From: Promethearchaeota archaeon
GTDB lineage: Archaea > Asgardarchaeota > Lokiarchaeia > Sigyniarchaeales > SOKP01
Assembly: GCA_048938005.1 (NCBI GenBank)
Contig: JBHLMQ010000015.1
Span: 1 to 55,962 of the forward strand
DNA: 55,962 nucleotides
Direction of reading: 5' to 3'
The notes under the pieces are model-generated. The model did not search any database. It saw only the letters and a program-made list of their open reading frames with translations, and was not told the origin of the DNA. The position numbers and the translations under genes were made by a program. Below, piece by piece: positions 9,686 through 20,390 of the stretch. Each line of letters opens with the position of its first letter. The stretch's first letter is position 1.

Positions 9686-10735
9686 TTAACTTGTAATTTT
9701 ATTAATTAATTTCAAATCAATTCTTTCGTTAAGAATTTTTTGTCCTTTTCCACTTCCATTCTCTTTTTTAATAGAAAACAAATATTCATCAATATGAGGA
9801 ACAATTGGAGAGATAAACAAGAGTTCCTCTTGAGGGAACCATAAATCTATGTTTTGATTCATTACTTCTTTTTCAAAATATTCTTTAACATGAGTTATAG
9901 TTATAGATATATTCTTCAATTCCTCTTCTGTATTATTCTGAACTGTGATTTCAATTTCTTGGCTATTTTCGATAAAATTAATGTTTTTAATAGAAAGTAG
10001 AGGTTTTGGTACAAGCTCTTCTTTTGCGCTTTTTACAGTATCAAAAAGGTCTACTTCTACAAAATCCCTTTCTCCCTTTAAACTACTAAGAGGAGAAAAC
10101 TCAAATCCTTTTAAAGAGAAATAAGAAATTGCTTTTTGAGTTCTGAGAGATGGTGATTCAGATCTTTTTTCAATAGCTTTTGAAAAGTAATCCTTAATTG
10201 TTCTGTCGATTAATTCCCTCATAAAAACTCTAGTCTTAGTTCCTCTAGATATACGTTCTTGGATTTTTGGTGTCTTTATCACAGTTTCAGAGGCAATTTC
10301 AGTTTCTATGACTTCAGATAATTGATCTTCAAACTTATTTCGTAATTGTTCCGTTAACTCTTTAATGAGCTCATCGCCAAAAATATCTATTTCAACTGGT
10401 AATGATACAATTATAACTATTGTTTCTGGAGTTTCTTCTTCAAGTCCCGCTCTTCGTTTTTGTCTTTTCGATTTTGCGTTAAATTTCTTACCAAAAAAAG
10501 TATATCCCTTATATTCTAAATCTATATGGTCGAGTTCTTCAGTTTCTAAGAACCAAACTGGATGATAATTTATTGGTCGCATGTATCTCTTATCATTTCT
10601 GAGTCTATCATCAGGATACATTAACAGAGGAATTTGTCCTTTTTTTTCGTCAAAATATAATACATACACAACACATAAATCTTCATGAGGATTTTTTTCC
10701 ACTGTTCCATTAAAAATATCCGACACTAGAACCAA
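9686..10735 (-). CDS. Hypothetical protein with possible N-terminal longin/uDENN-like domain
   Basis: 349-aa ORF; VYVLYFDEKKGQIPLLMYP resembles the FDxxxG..YP uDENN/longin start; beta-rich C-terminus. Confidence 0.5.
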   Translation of the reverse strand: MVLVSDIFNGTVEKNPHEDLCVVYVLYFDEKKGQIPLLMYPDDRLRNDKRYMRPINYHPVWFLETEELDHIDLEYKGYTFFGKKFNAKSKRQKRRAGLEEETPETIVIIVSLPVEIDIFGDELIKELTEQLRNKFEDQLSEVIETEIASETVIKTPKIQERISRGTKTRVFMRELIDRTIKDYFSKAIEKRSESPSLRTQKAISYFSLKGFEFSPLSSLKGERDFVEVDLFDTVKSAKEELVPKPLLSIKNINFIENSQEIEITVQNNTEEELKNISITITHVKEYFEKEVMNQNIDLWFPQEELLFISPIVPHIDEYLFSIKKENGSGKGQKILNERIDLKLINKITS

Positions 10736-10909
10736 TCCAAGAGTAGTTTAAAGGACAATAATTGTTCCTTATACAAGAGAAAAAAATTCTTCTTATTCTA
10801 AAAATTTAACTATATAAAAATGTAAACTATTATTAAAAATTTTAATTTAAGCAATATAGCTCAAAAAATATTTATAGATGATTAAATAATTCTTAATCTC
10901 ATTTCCTTT

Positions 10910-12280
10910 TTAATTTATTTTTTTCTCTAATTCTTTTCTTCTTTCTAGCAATATATCACTACAATTTTTTGATTCTTTTGGATAATAAAAGTATACAATT
11001 ATCCAAAGGAATGTTCCTATTAACCAGATGATTAAAACTAAGGAGACCGCAATAGGCAAAAATGAAATATCTCTCTCAATCAAAGAAGATAATAGTAAAT
11101 TACCAATAATACCGCCAATATTTACCATTAAGCCATTCATAGCATTAGTTGTGCTTCTTATTTCAGGAAGGCATACTTCAGAATATATCGCAAACTGATT
11201 TCCTACTGAGAAAGTTGAAAACATATACCCTAGAAAGCCAATTAATATAAAAAATATCCAAGAAAAGATAATTTGTAAAAGATTTGCTGTAAAAAACGGA
11301 GTTAAGTAGAAGATTAATGTTAGTACGACCCCAAGAATTACTCCAATGAGAGAAATGATTGCTCGACCTTTTATTTTACCCTTACTTAGATATATATCTC
11401 CTATTTTTCCACCTATAATTGTTCCTGGGAGCGCACCTGCCCCTGCCAGAAGATAAAGAGTTGTAGCTGCTAATTCTGCGTCAGAACCACCAATTTTTGA
11501 GTTTATATAAAAAATTCCCCACGTTCCAAGAGTAGATGTCGCTAATCCAGAACACAACACATAAATTAAAATGGCAGCAATAGATTTCTTTCGAAATAAT
11601 TCAATAAGATTATTTATTGTAATCTTATAGTTATAATTAATTTCACCCTTAAAATTTTCAAACTCTGGTTCAGCACGACCACGCTCGGGCTCAATTCCTT
11701 CGAAAATATAACTTATTAAAGAAAAGGTTCCTAATATAAAACCAAGGATATAAGCTAATCTCCATCCTAATGGTCCTGCAGTGTAACTTCCTAATAATCC
11801 TCCTGCTATAAGTCCCATGCCATTTCCTAATATAAGAGCAAAGTTCATAATACCAAATTTTTTTCCTCTATCATTTGGCGGGTAAAAGTCTCCTATCATT
11901 GAAAAACCAATAGGTAAAAAAGCCCCCGAACCTATAGCACTTATTGTGAGAAAAAATAAATAATAATAATAGTCTAATGATAAAGCAGCTAGACCATATG
12001 CTACAATCCAGACAAAATTAGTAATAATAAAAATCTTTTTCCTCGAATACTTTTGCGCAATTTTATCAGCGTAATAACCAAAAAATAAAATACTTATTAT
12101 TCCAACGATTAAAGTAGATGCCATTACGAGCCCAACTCCAAATTTTGTTGTTTTTGGTAGATATATTAATAGATTGTCTATATTTACGGGTAAAATTCCA
12201 ATAAAGAAATAGATCATAAAATAGAGAAAGAAAAATGAGCGAAAAGTCTTACGTCTTTCCATTTGATAAAGATCATCCAT
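10910..12280 (-). CDS. Major facilitator superfamily transporter
   Basis: About 12 TM segments, GYYADKIA..SRK motif A, IGDFYPPNDRGK, GWRLAY. Confidence 0.9.
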   Translation of the reverse strand: MDDLYQMERRKTFRSFFFLYFMIYFFIGILPVNIDNLLIYLPKTTKFGVGLVMASTLIVGIISILFFGYYADKIAQKYSRKKIFIITNFVWIVAYGLAALSLDYYYYLFFLTISAIGSGAFLPIGFSMIGDFYPPNDRGKKFGIMNFALILGNGMGLIAGGLLGSYTAGPLGWRLAYILGFILGTFSLISYIFEGIEPERGRAEPEFENFKGEINYNYKITINNLIELFRKKSIAAILIYVLCSGLATSTLGTWGIFYINSKIGGSDAELAATTLYLLAGAGALPGTIIGGKIGDIYLSKGKIKGRAIISLIGVILGVVLTLIFYLTPFFTANLLQIIFSWIFFILIGFLGYMFSTFSVGNQFAIYSEVCLPEIRSTTNAMNGLMVNIGGIIGNLLLSSLIERDISFLPIAVSLVLIIWLIGTFLWIIVYFYYPKESKNCSDILLERRKELEKKIN

Positions 12281-12419
12281 AGTTCAAATCAAACCTTCTA
12301 CATATATTAAGTAACTTTTAAGATCTTTCAAATAATAATATTTGAATTTCATTTTATAATAAGGTTTATTTTCAGAATTAATATAAAATTTCAATAAGAG
12401 ATAATAATAAAATTAAAAA

Positions 12420-14645
12420 TTAGTATAATTCTACTTTAGTAAACTTTCCTATATCTTTACTAAGTGTTTTTAAAATTTTATTTTCTAACTCTTCTGGAAT
12501 ATGCCTGAAAGAAAAAGCTTCTAACTCTGGTAACAAATTCTGGATTGTTAATCTAGTAAGATATTCTAGATGATCACATAAAGCGAATAATTGAAAATGA
12601 GATGAATTTTCTATTAAAACGGCACCTCTACTAACAGTAAAATAATTAACTTGTTGTTGTATCATGTTTTTCCTTATATTATTCCAGAGATCATGAAATC
12701 CTAAAAGATAAGTAACATCTTTTAAGGATCCACTCTTGTCATTTAGTAAAATTAATTCCCATGCAGAATTTTGTGTTCCTATAAAAATTGTATAAACAAC
12801 ACTTTTCTTTTTTGATGTTTTCTCTTCGGTTTTCCTAAATGTTAGTCTATTAAACATTCTTCGTAAAATTGAACCTGCAGATTTTTCAATAATACCGGTA
12901 TTTAGCTGTTCAAGATTTTCATTTATTTCTTTTTCTAAATTTGATAGGTTATATTCCTGTGCTGTTTTTAATGCTTCTTCAAAATATATTTTTGCCTGTC
13001 TTGGTAGTTTACTTTCTGCTGCTAATAGTCCTTTAAGCAAAACCAGTCTACAGAGATCCAAATAACTTTGGTTTTCGATAGCAATGGTTTTTGCTAAATC
13101 TAAATGGTTATATGCATGATTTAAGTGTTCAAGGTTTCCAGACTCTAGAAAATATCTAAAATATCCTTCAGCAAGCCTAATTTCAATATCACTGGCATCT
13201 TCAACAGATTGATTCTTAAACATAATTTCTCGTTCTTCCTTCAAATGATCAATCAATTTTGACCAGTCACTTTGCAATTCTCCTTCTATAGCTTGCAAAT
13301 CATGCATAAAAATATTTCCTACTGGTGATTCTAAGAAATCCGAATCAGTAGGCAAGTTATTTTTTACAAATTCTAATAATTCAAGAGAATCTGTTTTACC
13401 AGCAATTCTTTTCAGAGTAGAAAGAAGATCAAGTTTATAATAAGTAGGTAAATTTTCTTCAGAAAGAACTTTTTGACATAATTCTTTTGATTCACCATAA
13501 CGTTCAGAGATAAAAAGTGTTTCAGCAATAATGCTCAATAATGAGCTTCTTATAAAAAATTCTTCTTGGACAATTGGTAATTCTAATATAGCTTGTTGTC
13601 GCTTCAGAGCTTGATCGTAAAGTCCTTGTTTAGATTCTATGACAGACATATTCGAAGAAACGACTGCATGAGTTCTTTCATCGCCTATTTCTTCACTAAC
13701 TTTTAATACAATTTCGAAAATTTTTAGTGCCTTTTCTAAATCTCCACTAGATTGGTTAACAGCAGCATAAAAATTACCTACCACACTTACTATTTCTCGA
13801 TTTTCTAATAATTGCCCAAAATTAAAAACTGGTTCTATTATGTCAATAGCTTCATTAATCCTTCCAAGAAAATATAATCTAAATCCATAATATCCTTGCA
13901 GAAGCATTAATCCTGTTTTCATTTCAATAGAAGTTAGATTGCCCCATTCTTTTTGACAATTATGATATAATTCTTCAAGAAGATCATAGGCACTTAAACG
14001 AAGGAAAACTTCAGATTTAGCAATTGCTTGTTCTAATTGAATAATCAGTGGAGCAGACTTGAAATCAACTCTCTTAGCTATTTGAATTAATTCGGGTGAG
14101 GGTCCAAACCTTGCTTGTAAACGTAGATACAATAGATAACTCCAAGAAGTAGGTTTATATTTATATTTTATAAGTTCTTTACCTTTTCCAATTATAAAAC
14201 CCCATTTGACGGATAGGAATGTGATGAGTTGATTGTTTGGATGTTTATGCCATAAATCTGTTAAGCTTTCATACCATTCTTTTGGGGTTTTATTGAATGG
14301 CTCTGCTAATGAGACCAGAATATTTTTCTCCTCATCACTAGCTAAAGACAAATATAACCGAAGTTCTAATGGTATATGACGCTGAAGGTTATTCCATTGA
14401 TCAGGAGCTCCTTCTATACTTGGTTTTTCTTCATAATAATCTTTGTGAGCTCGATATTCTCCTTGTTCATCTATGACAACAACATTAACATGTATAGAAT
14501 TTGCTGTAGCATGATGTCCTACTCGTATTGAAAATAATTTTCCAATCATGGGATTTCCTGACTCAGATTTATTGATATATGTCTTTGGATTATTAAGATC
14601 AAAATTGATCTTTTCATTACAAATTTTGCAATTAATCTCAGTCAT
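12420..14645 (-). CDS. TPR/helical-repeat protein with N-terminal Zn-ribbon-like domain
   Basis: CKIC..H..H N-terminus; TPR-like repeats (GRINEAIDII, GDLEKALKIF, GLYDQALKRQ, AKIYFEEAL). Confidence 0.7.
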   Translation of the reverse strand: MTEINCKICNEKINFDLNNPKTYINKSESGNPMIGKLFSIRVGHHATANSIHVNVVVIDEQGEYRAHKDYYEEKPSIEGAPDQWNNLQRHIPLELRLYLSLASDEEKNILVSLAEPFNKTPKEWYESLTDLWHKHPNNQLITFLSVKWGFIIGKGKELIKYKYKPTSWSYLLYLRLQARFGPSPELIQIAKRVDFKSAPLIIQLEQAIAKSEVFLRLSAYDLLEELYHNCQKEWGNLTSIEMKTGLMLLQGYYGFRLYFLGRINEAIDIIEPVFNFGQLLENREIVSVVGNFYAAVNQSSGDLEKALKIFEIVLKVSEEIGDERTHAVVSSNMSVIESKQGLYDQALKRQQAILELPIVQEEFFIRSSLLSIIAETLFISERYGESKELCQKVLSEENLPTYYKLDLLSTLKRIAGKTDSLELLEFVKNNLPTDSDFLESPVGNIFMHDLQAIEGELQSDWSKLIDHLKEEREIMFKNQSVEDASDIEIRLAEGYFRYFLESGNLEHLNHAYNHLDLAKTIAIENQSYLDLCRLVLLKGLLAAESKLPRQAKIYFEEALKTAQEYNLSNLEKEINENLEQLNTGIIEKSAGSILRRMFNRLTFRKTEEKTSKKKSVVYTIFIGTQNSAWELILLNDKSGSLKDVTYLLGFHDLWNNIRKNMIQQQVNYFTVSRGAVLIENSSHFQLFALCDHLEYLTRLTIQNLLPELEAFSFRHIPEELENKILKTLSKDIGKFTKVELY

Positions 14646-14705
14646 TCTATCAACCCCTCTTATTTATCTAGAATGTGAGGGTTTATCCCTGATTATTTAA
14701 CTCCC

Positions 14706-15317
14706 CTAATCATTTGATCTGAGGAGTTTTTTACCCATATTTACAATCTCATCTAATAAAGTATCAACACCACTTCCATCTAATGAACATGTTTCAATAT
14801 ATGTTTGAAAATATTTATCATAACCAACCATTGATTGAATTAATTCCTTTGAAACATTTCTTTCTAAATCTATTTTATTTCCAACTAGAATAAATCCTTT
14901 ATTTCCATTTTTGGCTTTATTCACAAGATCCATTAATTCTATCCAATTGCTTAGATTTTCAAATGATTCATACATATCCACAGCAAAAACAAAGAGGTAA
15001 ATATCTATCATATTGAGTACTTGATTTTGAATAAGATCGAGAGGATGTAGACCTGGTGTTCTTTGCCCAGCTAAATCATAACACTGAAATTTTAAACTTT
15101 TATAACTCCAAGCTTCGATCTCCATAAAGGGAGTACGAGTGACTTTTTTATCATCTAATACTTTAGTGCCAGATGAGTTTTTCACATGATATGTGGTTTT
15201 TCGCAGCAATGCTCGTACGAGTGTTGTCTTTCCAACAGCACCATCCCCTACAACTGTCATACGGACTAATTTTTTTGATCTCTTTAACCATGATAAGAAA
15301 TTAGATAATTTCAGCAA
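14706..15317 (-). CDS. Ras/Rab-like small GTPase
   Basis: G1 GDGAVGKTT, G2 T, G3 DLAGQ, G4 NKID, G5-like ETCS; no C-terminal prenylation motif. Confidence 0.9.
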   Translation of the reverse strand: MLKLSNFLSWLKRSKKLVRMTVVGDGAVGKTTLVRALLRKTTYHVKNSSGTKVLDDKKVTRTPFMEIEAWSYKSLKFQCYDLAGQRTPGLHPLDLIQNQVLNMIDIYLFVFAVDMYESFENLSNWIELMDLVNKAKNGNKGFILVGNKIDLERNVSKELIQSMVGYDKYFQTYIETCSLDGSGVDTLLDEIVNMGKKLLRSND

Positions 15318-15678
15318 TATTAACCCACCAATATTAATTTAAATTATTTTTTAGAATTTTCTATATGTTGAACCCTAACCAAGGAATTAGCTATGTATCT
15401 ATAAATTAGCATTAGAATATAAAATAAATACTTTCAGCAGTTAATACGTGTTATTGAAGGAAACAAACGATTTATCGAATATTTCATATGACTAAAACGA
15501 CTTTGGATAAAATTAATAGGAAATCTTCTTTTCTTCGAAAAAATGATATTAAGTTTCAGTTGGCTAATCTGAAGTGATTAATTCTCTTTAATGTTGCATG
15601 ATACCTTTGACATATTTGATAACTGAAATAATCTTTATCGAGTTGAATTATAAAACCTATGTAATATTGCTATATATA

Positions 15679-16971
15679 TTAAAACTCAATTCCTTCTTTT
15701 CTGTTAATTTTTTTAAAATCTAAGTATAGATTGAACTCTTCTTTATCTTCATTATATTCATGGTTAGAGCTATAAATTAGGGTTTCAATGGTTTCATCAT
15801 CGAGGGAATCAATAAAAGATTTATTTATTTTTGACCAATGAGGCATCCCTTCAAGAAAGATATTCCAAGGAGATTTATCATTATTCTTAGATCTTGCCTT
15901 AACTTCTTTTGAAAGCAGGATCCAAAATAGAATTAATTTGTATGAAATACCAGTATTAATTTTTAATCCCATTCGTTGAAAGCCACCAAATGCCAGAATC
16001 ATTAACAAAGCTAGAGAATATCTCATTTGAATTTTGTAAGTATGGATTAAATATTGATCTTTAATTAAATCCCAATTGAGAGTATTGATGAATTCATTAC
16101 CAACTCCCCTAATACTCTCTTTTAATTTATTGAAATAAAATTCTTTGGTTAAATGTGGTTTTGTTTCAACAAATTGAAATATTCTGAGGGCACCAGCAAG
16201 TCTCCATTCCAGCCATTCTTGAGAGTATTTTTTTGCTTTCTTTAGAGCCAACTCTTTATCTGGCCAAAGATTTAAAATAATTTTCAATTTGGAACTAATT
16301 TCATTATAATATTTAATGTAATGATCAAAGATTTTAGTATAATAGTAGCCAAGAATATCAACATATGTAAAGACTTCTAAAATATCTATGAATTTGTTAA
16401 TGATATTCTCATATGAGAGTAGCTTTCTGAGTTCTGGATCATTAAATAATGAATAAACCTTATAAAAAGTAGATTCTCCAGTATATATGGTAGCAATTAG
16501 CAAGTGATAATTAATTATTTTTCTGATAAGTAATTTATCCATATCTGAAAGCTCAAAAGCTTCAAGTAATTCCATGCTTGATATAAGATGATAACTATGA
16601 TATGGATGTTTTTTATTATCAATGTATCGCCCTATATCATGATACATTAAAAGTATTGGTATAATTAACTGGTTTTGAGAGTCCTGTTTTATTACCTTTT
16701 CTTGAATTATAATTAAAGATTCTTGTGAAAGAGTTTCATGAGAGAATTCTCCGTTTTTTATCAAAAAGAATATCTTATACGATCTAAATATATGTCTTAT
16801 TGTTCTTTGCAATTCCTCCCTATTTTTCTCTCGAGCGTCTTGAAAAATTCTTTCTAAGTTTGGAAATATTGTTATAAGATCAAAAAACTCATCAGAGTTA
16901 TCAATTTCTGCTACTGAATCAATCCAAGAAAGATCTATATTTTGGAATAATTTATTTAGTGAGTCTAACAT
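15679..16971 (-). CDS. Hypothetical protein with HD-domain-like motif
   Basis: LLMYHDIGRY..HPYHS..INYH..D pattern. Confidence 0.55.
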   Translation of the reverse strand: MLDSLNKLFQNIDLSWIDSVAEIDNSDEFFDLITIFPNLERIFQDAREKNREELQRTIRHIFRSYKIFFLIKNGEFSHETLSQESLIIIQEKVIKQDSQNQLIIPILLMYHDIGRYIDNKKHPYHSYHLISSMELLEAFELSDMDKLLIRKIINYHLLIATIYTGESTFYKVYSLFNDPELRKLLSYENIINKFIDILEVFTYVDILGYYYTKIFDHYIKYYNEISSKLKIILNLWPDKELALKKAKKYSQEWLEWRLAGALRIFQFVETKPHLTKEFYFNKLKESIRGVGNEFINTLNWDLIKDQYLIHTYKIQMRYSLALLMILAFGGFQRMGLKINTGISYKLILFWILLSKEVKARSKNNDKSPWNIFLEGMPHWSKINKSFIDSLDDETIETLIYSSNHEYNEDKEEFNLYLDFKKINRKEGIEF

Positions 16972-17930
16972 AATTCATCAATAGTTTTTTCTATTAGTTG
17001 AAAAAAAGGGTTTACATCAATATTACCGCCACTTAAAATTATCCCGATTTTTTTTTTTTCTACTGAGACTTTTTTTGATAATATAGCTGCTAATGGAACT
17101 GCACCTGATGGTTCAACTACAATTTTCATTCTTTCCCAAAGAAATCTCATACCCTCAACTATTTCCATCTCAGAAACAGTCACTATATTATCAACATATT
17201 TTCGAATTATATTGAATGTTCTTTCGCAAAGTGAAGTTCTTAATCCATCAGCAATGGTGTTTGGATAAGTGCTTGGTATGATGTATCCTGCTTCTAATGA
17301 TCTCAAAGCATCATCTGCCAATGAGGGCTCAACTCCAATAACCTGAGCATTGGGACATAATCCTTTAGTAGCTAGAGTTGTTCCACTTAGTAAACCACCA
17401 CCCCCAAGTGGAACAATAACTATATCTAATTTACCTATTTCTTTAATTAATTCATAAGCAGCAGTTCCTTGTCCATTAATTATATTATTATTATCATAAG
17501 GATGGATTAGGATAAAATTATGTTTTTCAATCAACTCTTCAGCAGTTTTAGTTCTTGCTTCAAGGGTATTATCACAAAAAACAATATGAGCACTATATTC
17601 TTTTGTTGCATTAATTTTGTTTATAGGTGCTCCTTTTGGCATTACAATTGTTGCTTTAATTCCTATTAATGACGCTGCAAGAGAAAGAGCTTGAGCATGG
17701 TTGCCACTTGAGTGAGTAATAACTCCCAATTTTTTTTCTTCTTCTGAAAGTAAACTTAATGCATTATAAGCTCCTCGGAATTTAAAAGAACCAGCTCTTT
17801 GAAAATTTTCGCATTTAATATAGATATCTGAATTAATAAGATTATTTAAAGTCCTTGAAGTCATTATTGGCGTTTTATTAACTATGCCACTTATTCTATG
17901 AAAAGCTTCTTCTATACCTTGAAATGACAA
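16965..17930 (-). CDS. PLP-dependent threonine/serine dehydratase / serine racemase family
   Basis: KCENFQRAGSFKFRGA, SSGNH, GGGGL, IADGL, LSGGN; no regulatory domain. Confidence 0.9.
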   Translation of the reverse strand: MSFQGIEEAFHRISGIVNKTPIMTSRTLNNLINSDIYIKCENFQRAGSFKFRGAYNALSLLSEEEKKLGVITHSSGNHAQALSLAASLIGIKATIVMPKGAPINKINATKEYSAHIVFCDNTLEARTKTAEELIEKHNFILIHPYDNNNIINGQGTAAYELIKEIGKLDIVIVPLGGGGLLSGTTLATKGLCPNAQVIGVEPSLADDALRSLEAGYIIPSTYPNTIADGLRTSLCERTFNIIRKYVDNIVTVSEMEIVEGMRFLWERMKIVVEPSGAVPLAAILSKKVSVEKKKIGIILSGGNIDVNPFFQLIEKTIDELC

Positions 17931-18000
17931 TTAATTTTAATTTTTCAGTTATTTGGTTATATCTTTAAAATCCTCTTAAAAATAAAAGGATTTAGAATAA

Positions 18001-19302
18001 TTAATAATGTGTTACTGGTTCTCCTCTTAGTTCTTTAATCTTACCCTTAATAATTGGATCATCTGTTTTTTTCATCCAGTTAAATAGCTTTTGCCTTAAT
18101 TCTATTTTAATATCCTTATAACTCTTATCGTAGGCTAAATTATCCATTTCTGTTGGATCTTTATTAAGATTATAGAGTTCTTCTTCACTCCGTGGTATAT
18201 TGATTAATTTTTCTATATATTTTCCTATTGGGTCGTTAGCATAAAATGAATCAATTTGGTAGCTCCTTTCCATTTTTTCGAAATTAATAATATACTTGTA
18301 TTCTTTAGTTCTTATGCTTCTAATTGGATCATAGAATTCATGAAATGATTTTTCAGTAAAGATCGCTTCTCTAAATGGTTGATCATTATTCGCTAAACAT
18401 GATAAAAAACTCTTTCCTTCAATTTGTTTTGGAATATCTCCCCCTATAAAATCTAATAGAGTTGGAAGTAAATCAACATTGCTTACCATTTGATTATGCA
18501 CTGCTCCATTACTAAATATTTCTGAATTTGGTAATGATATTAAAAGACTTGTTTTGATGCCTGGATCATAAAGGGTACATTTTGCTCTTGGATATGGTTC
18601 TCCATGATCGGTGGTATAAATGAATAGTGTTTTATCTCTTAATCCAATATCTTCTAAATAATTAATAAGTACCCCTATAGTCTTATCTATGACATGAATA
18701 GCGCTATAATACTCAGCTAAATCTTCTTTAATTGATTGATGATTTGGTAAATAAGGAGGAATTTTAACTTTATTGGGATCTACAGAATCTCCATATCCTT
18801 TAAATGGGCGATGTGCTTCCCATACACCAAAACATGCATAAAATGGTTTTTCTTCATTTTTATGATCATATAAAAATCGATAGTATATTTTTTCCATGTT
18901 TTTACATGAATACCTAAATTCCCGTTTTCTTTTACTTATTGTATCATAGCCTAGTGTTGTAGGATCTCTGCTTTCATGTTGTAATCCAATTAAATGTGTT
19001 GAATAACCATTTTCTTTCAAGTACATAGGTAATGTTTTATTAATAGGTGGTAATGTCCATCCTCGATGAACTAAGCCCATTAACTTATTTTGATGAGGGT
19101 ATAATGAGGTTAAAATACTACTTCTACTCGGGCTACATTGGGGTGCCGTACAAAAATAATTTGTGAATCTTATTCCCTTATTCGCAAGCTTATCCAAATT
19201 TGGAGTATTAAGGGAGTTTGGAGTCTGAGGTGAATTATAACAACCAAGGAATTGTCCTTGATCATGTGTTATGAATAATATGATATTTGGTTTTCCCTTC
19301 AT
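18001..19302 (-). CDS. Sulfatase (formylglycine-dependent, Cys-type)
   Basis: KPNIIL, CSPSR motif, TDHG, ELYNL..DP.E..NL. Confidence 0.9.
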   Translation of the reverse strand: MKGKPNIILFITHDQGQFLGCYNSPQTPNSLNTPNLDKLANKGIRFTNYFCTAPQCSPSRSSILTSLYPHQNKLMGLVHRGWTLPPINKTLPMYLKENGYSTHLIGLQHESRDPTTLGYDTISKRKREFRYSCKNMEKIYYRFLYDHKNEEKPFYACFGVWEAHRPFKGYGDSVDPNKVKIPPYLPNHQSIKEDLAEYYSAIHVIDKTIGVLINYLEDIGLRDKTLFIYTTDHGEPYPRAKCTLYDPGIKTSLLISLPNSEIFSNGAVHNQMVSNVDLLPTLLDFIGGDIPKQIEGKSFLSCLANNDQPFREAIFTEKSFHEFYDPIRSIRTKEYKYIINFEKMERSYQIDSFYANDPIGKYIEKLINIPRSEEELYNLNKDPTEMDNLAYDKSYKDIKIELRQKLFNWMKKTDDPIIKGKIKELRGEPVTHY

Positions 19303-19352
19303 ATTAATCTATTTGAATTTTTAGGTTTAAATGATTTAATAAAGTAGATAGA

Positions 19353-20333
19353 TTAAGGTTTAATTAGAATCTTAATAAAATCTCTCTTACTAGGTTCTAC
19401 TAAAGATTGAAATGTTTTTTGAACATCTTTTAATGATATAACTTTTGAAATGAATTTATCTCCATCAATTTTTCTCTTAGCAAATAAATCAATTGTAGCT
19501 AGGATGTCATTTTGATCATGGCTTAAGCATCCTTTAAGGCAAATCTCTTTGTTAATTATTTTAAATGTGGGTACTGATATACCTTTTTGGATTCCTTCCA
19601 GAAGCACAGTTCCACCTCTTTGAATTAAATCGAATGCCATCCTTAAAGTTTCTTCATTCCCGACAGAGTCAAATATAAAAGCAGGATCACCATAATCCTT
19701 TATGAATTTCCTTATTTTAGCTTTACTTGGAGGAAGAGCATTTAAAGCACCAAATTCTATTGCTTTATTTCTTAAAAATTCATGAGGCTCTATTACAATA
19801 ACATACTCAGGATCTTTTTCACTCAGTAAAGTTGCTAAGAAAGCTAATCCAATGGTTCCTCCTCCAATAATCATGATCCTCTGATTATTTTCTATCCTCG
19901 ATCCTCTTATAGCCCTTGTTATATTAGCAAATGATTCAATCATAGCTGCTTCTTTAGTGGAAATTGATTTAGGTGGATAAAACACGTTATTCCTTCGTAC
20001 TTTTACATACTCTGCAAATCCACCATCCTCAAATATTCCTAAACCTTTTAATTGCCCAGAAATATATTGGGCAACATTCATAGCAATTACCTTATCACCG
20101 ATATTAACATCAGTAATATTCTTGCCAATTTCAACTACTTCACCTGAAATCTCATGGCCCATTATTAGAGGAACTTGATACATCTCATATTTGAAATTAA
20201 CTACATCGCTTCCACATATTCCACAGTAATAAACCTTAATTAATACATCATCTGGACCAGGGACAGGCTTAGGATAATCTTCTCTATAGATAATTTTTTT
20301 AATACCTTCAAAAACTGCAGCTCTAATATACAA
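19353..20333 (-). CDS. Zn-dependent medium-chain alcohol dehydrogenase
   Basis: CGICGSD, GHEISG, GGGTIG; the structural-Zn Cys loop is absent. Confidence 0.88.
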   Translation of the reverse strand: MYIRAAVFEGIKKIIYREDYPKPVPGPDDVLIKVYYCGICGSDVVNFKYEMYQVPLIMGHEISGEVVEIGKNITDVNIGDKVIAMNVAQYISGQLKGLGIFEDGGFAEYVKVRRNNVFYPPKSISTKEAAMIESFANITRAIRGSRIENNQRIMIIGGGTIGLAFLATLLSEKDPEYVIVIEPHEFLRNKAIEFGALNALPPSKAKIRKFIKDYGDPAFIFDSVGNEETLRMAFDLIQRGGTVLLEGIQKGISVPTFKIINKEICLKGCLSHDQNDILATIDLFAKRKIDGDKFISKVISLKDVQKTFQSLVEPSKRDFIKILIKP

Positions 20334-20390
20334 TCATCTCTAAAAAATTATACTATGTGTGTATTTATTAAAAAAAAATTATAAAAGTAA

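Noticed and set aside
15488-15577. 29-codon ORF ending in TGA in the intergenic gap
   Set aside because: No motif or SD; read-through yields nothing recognisable
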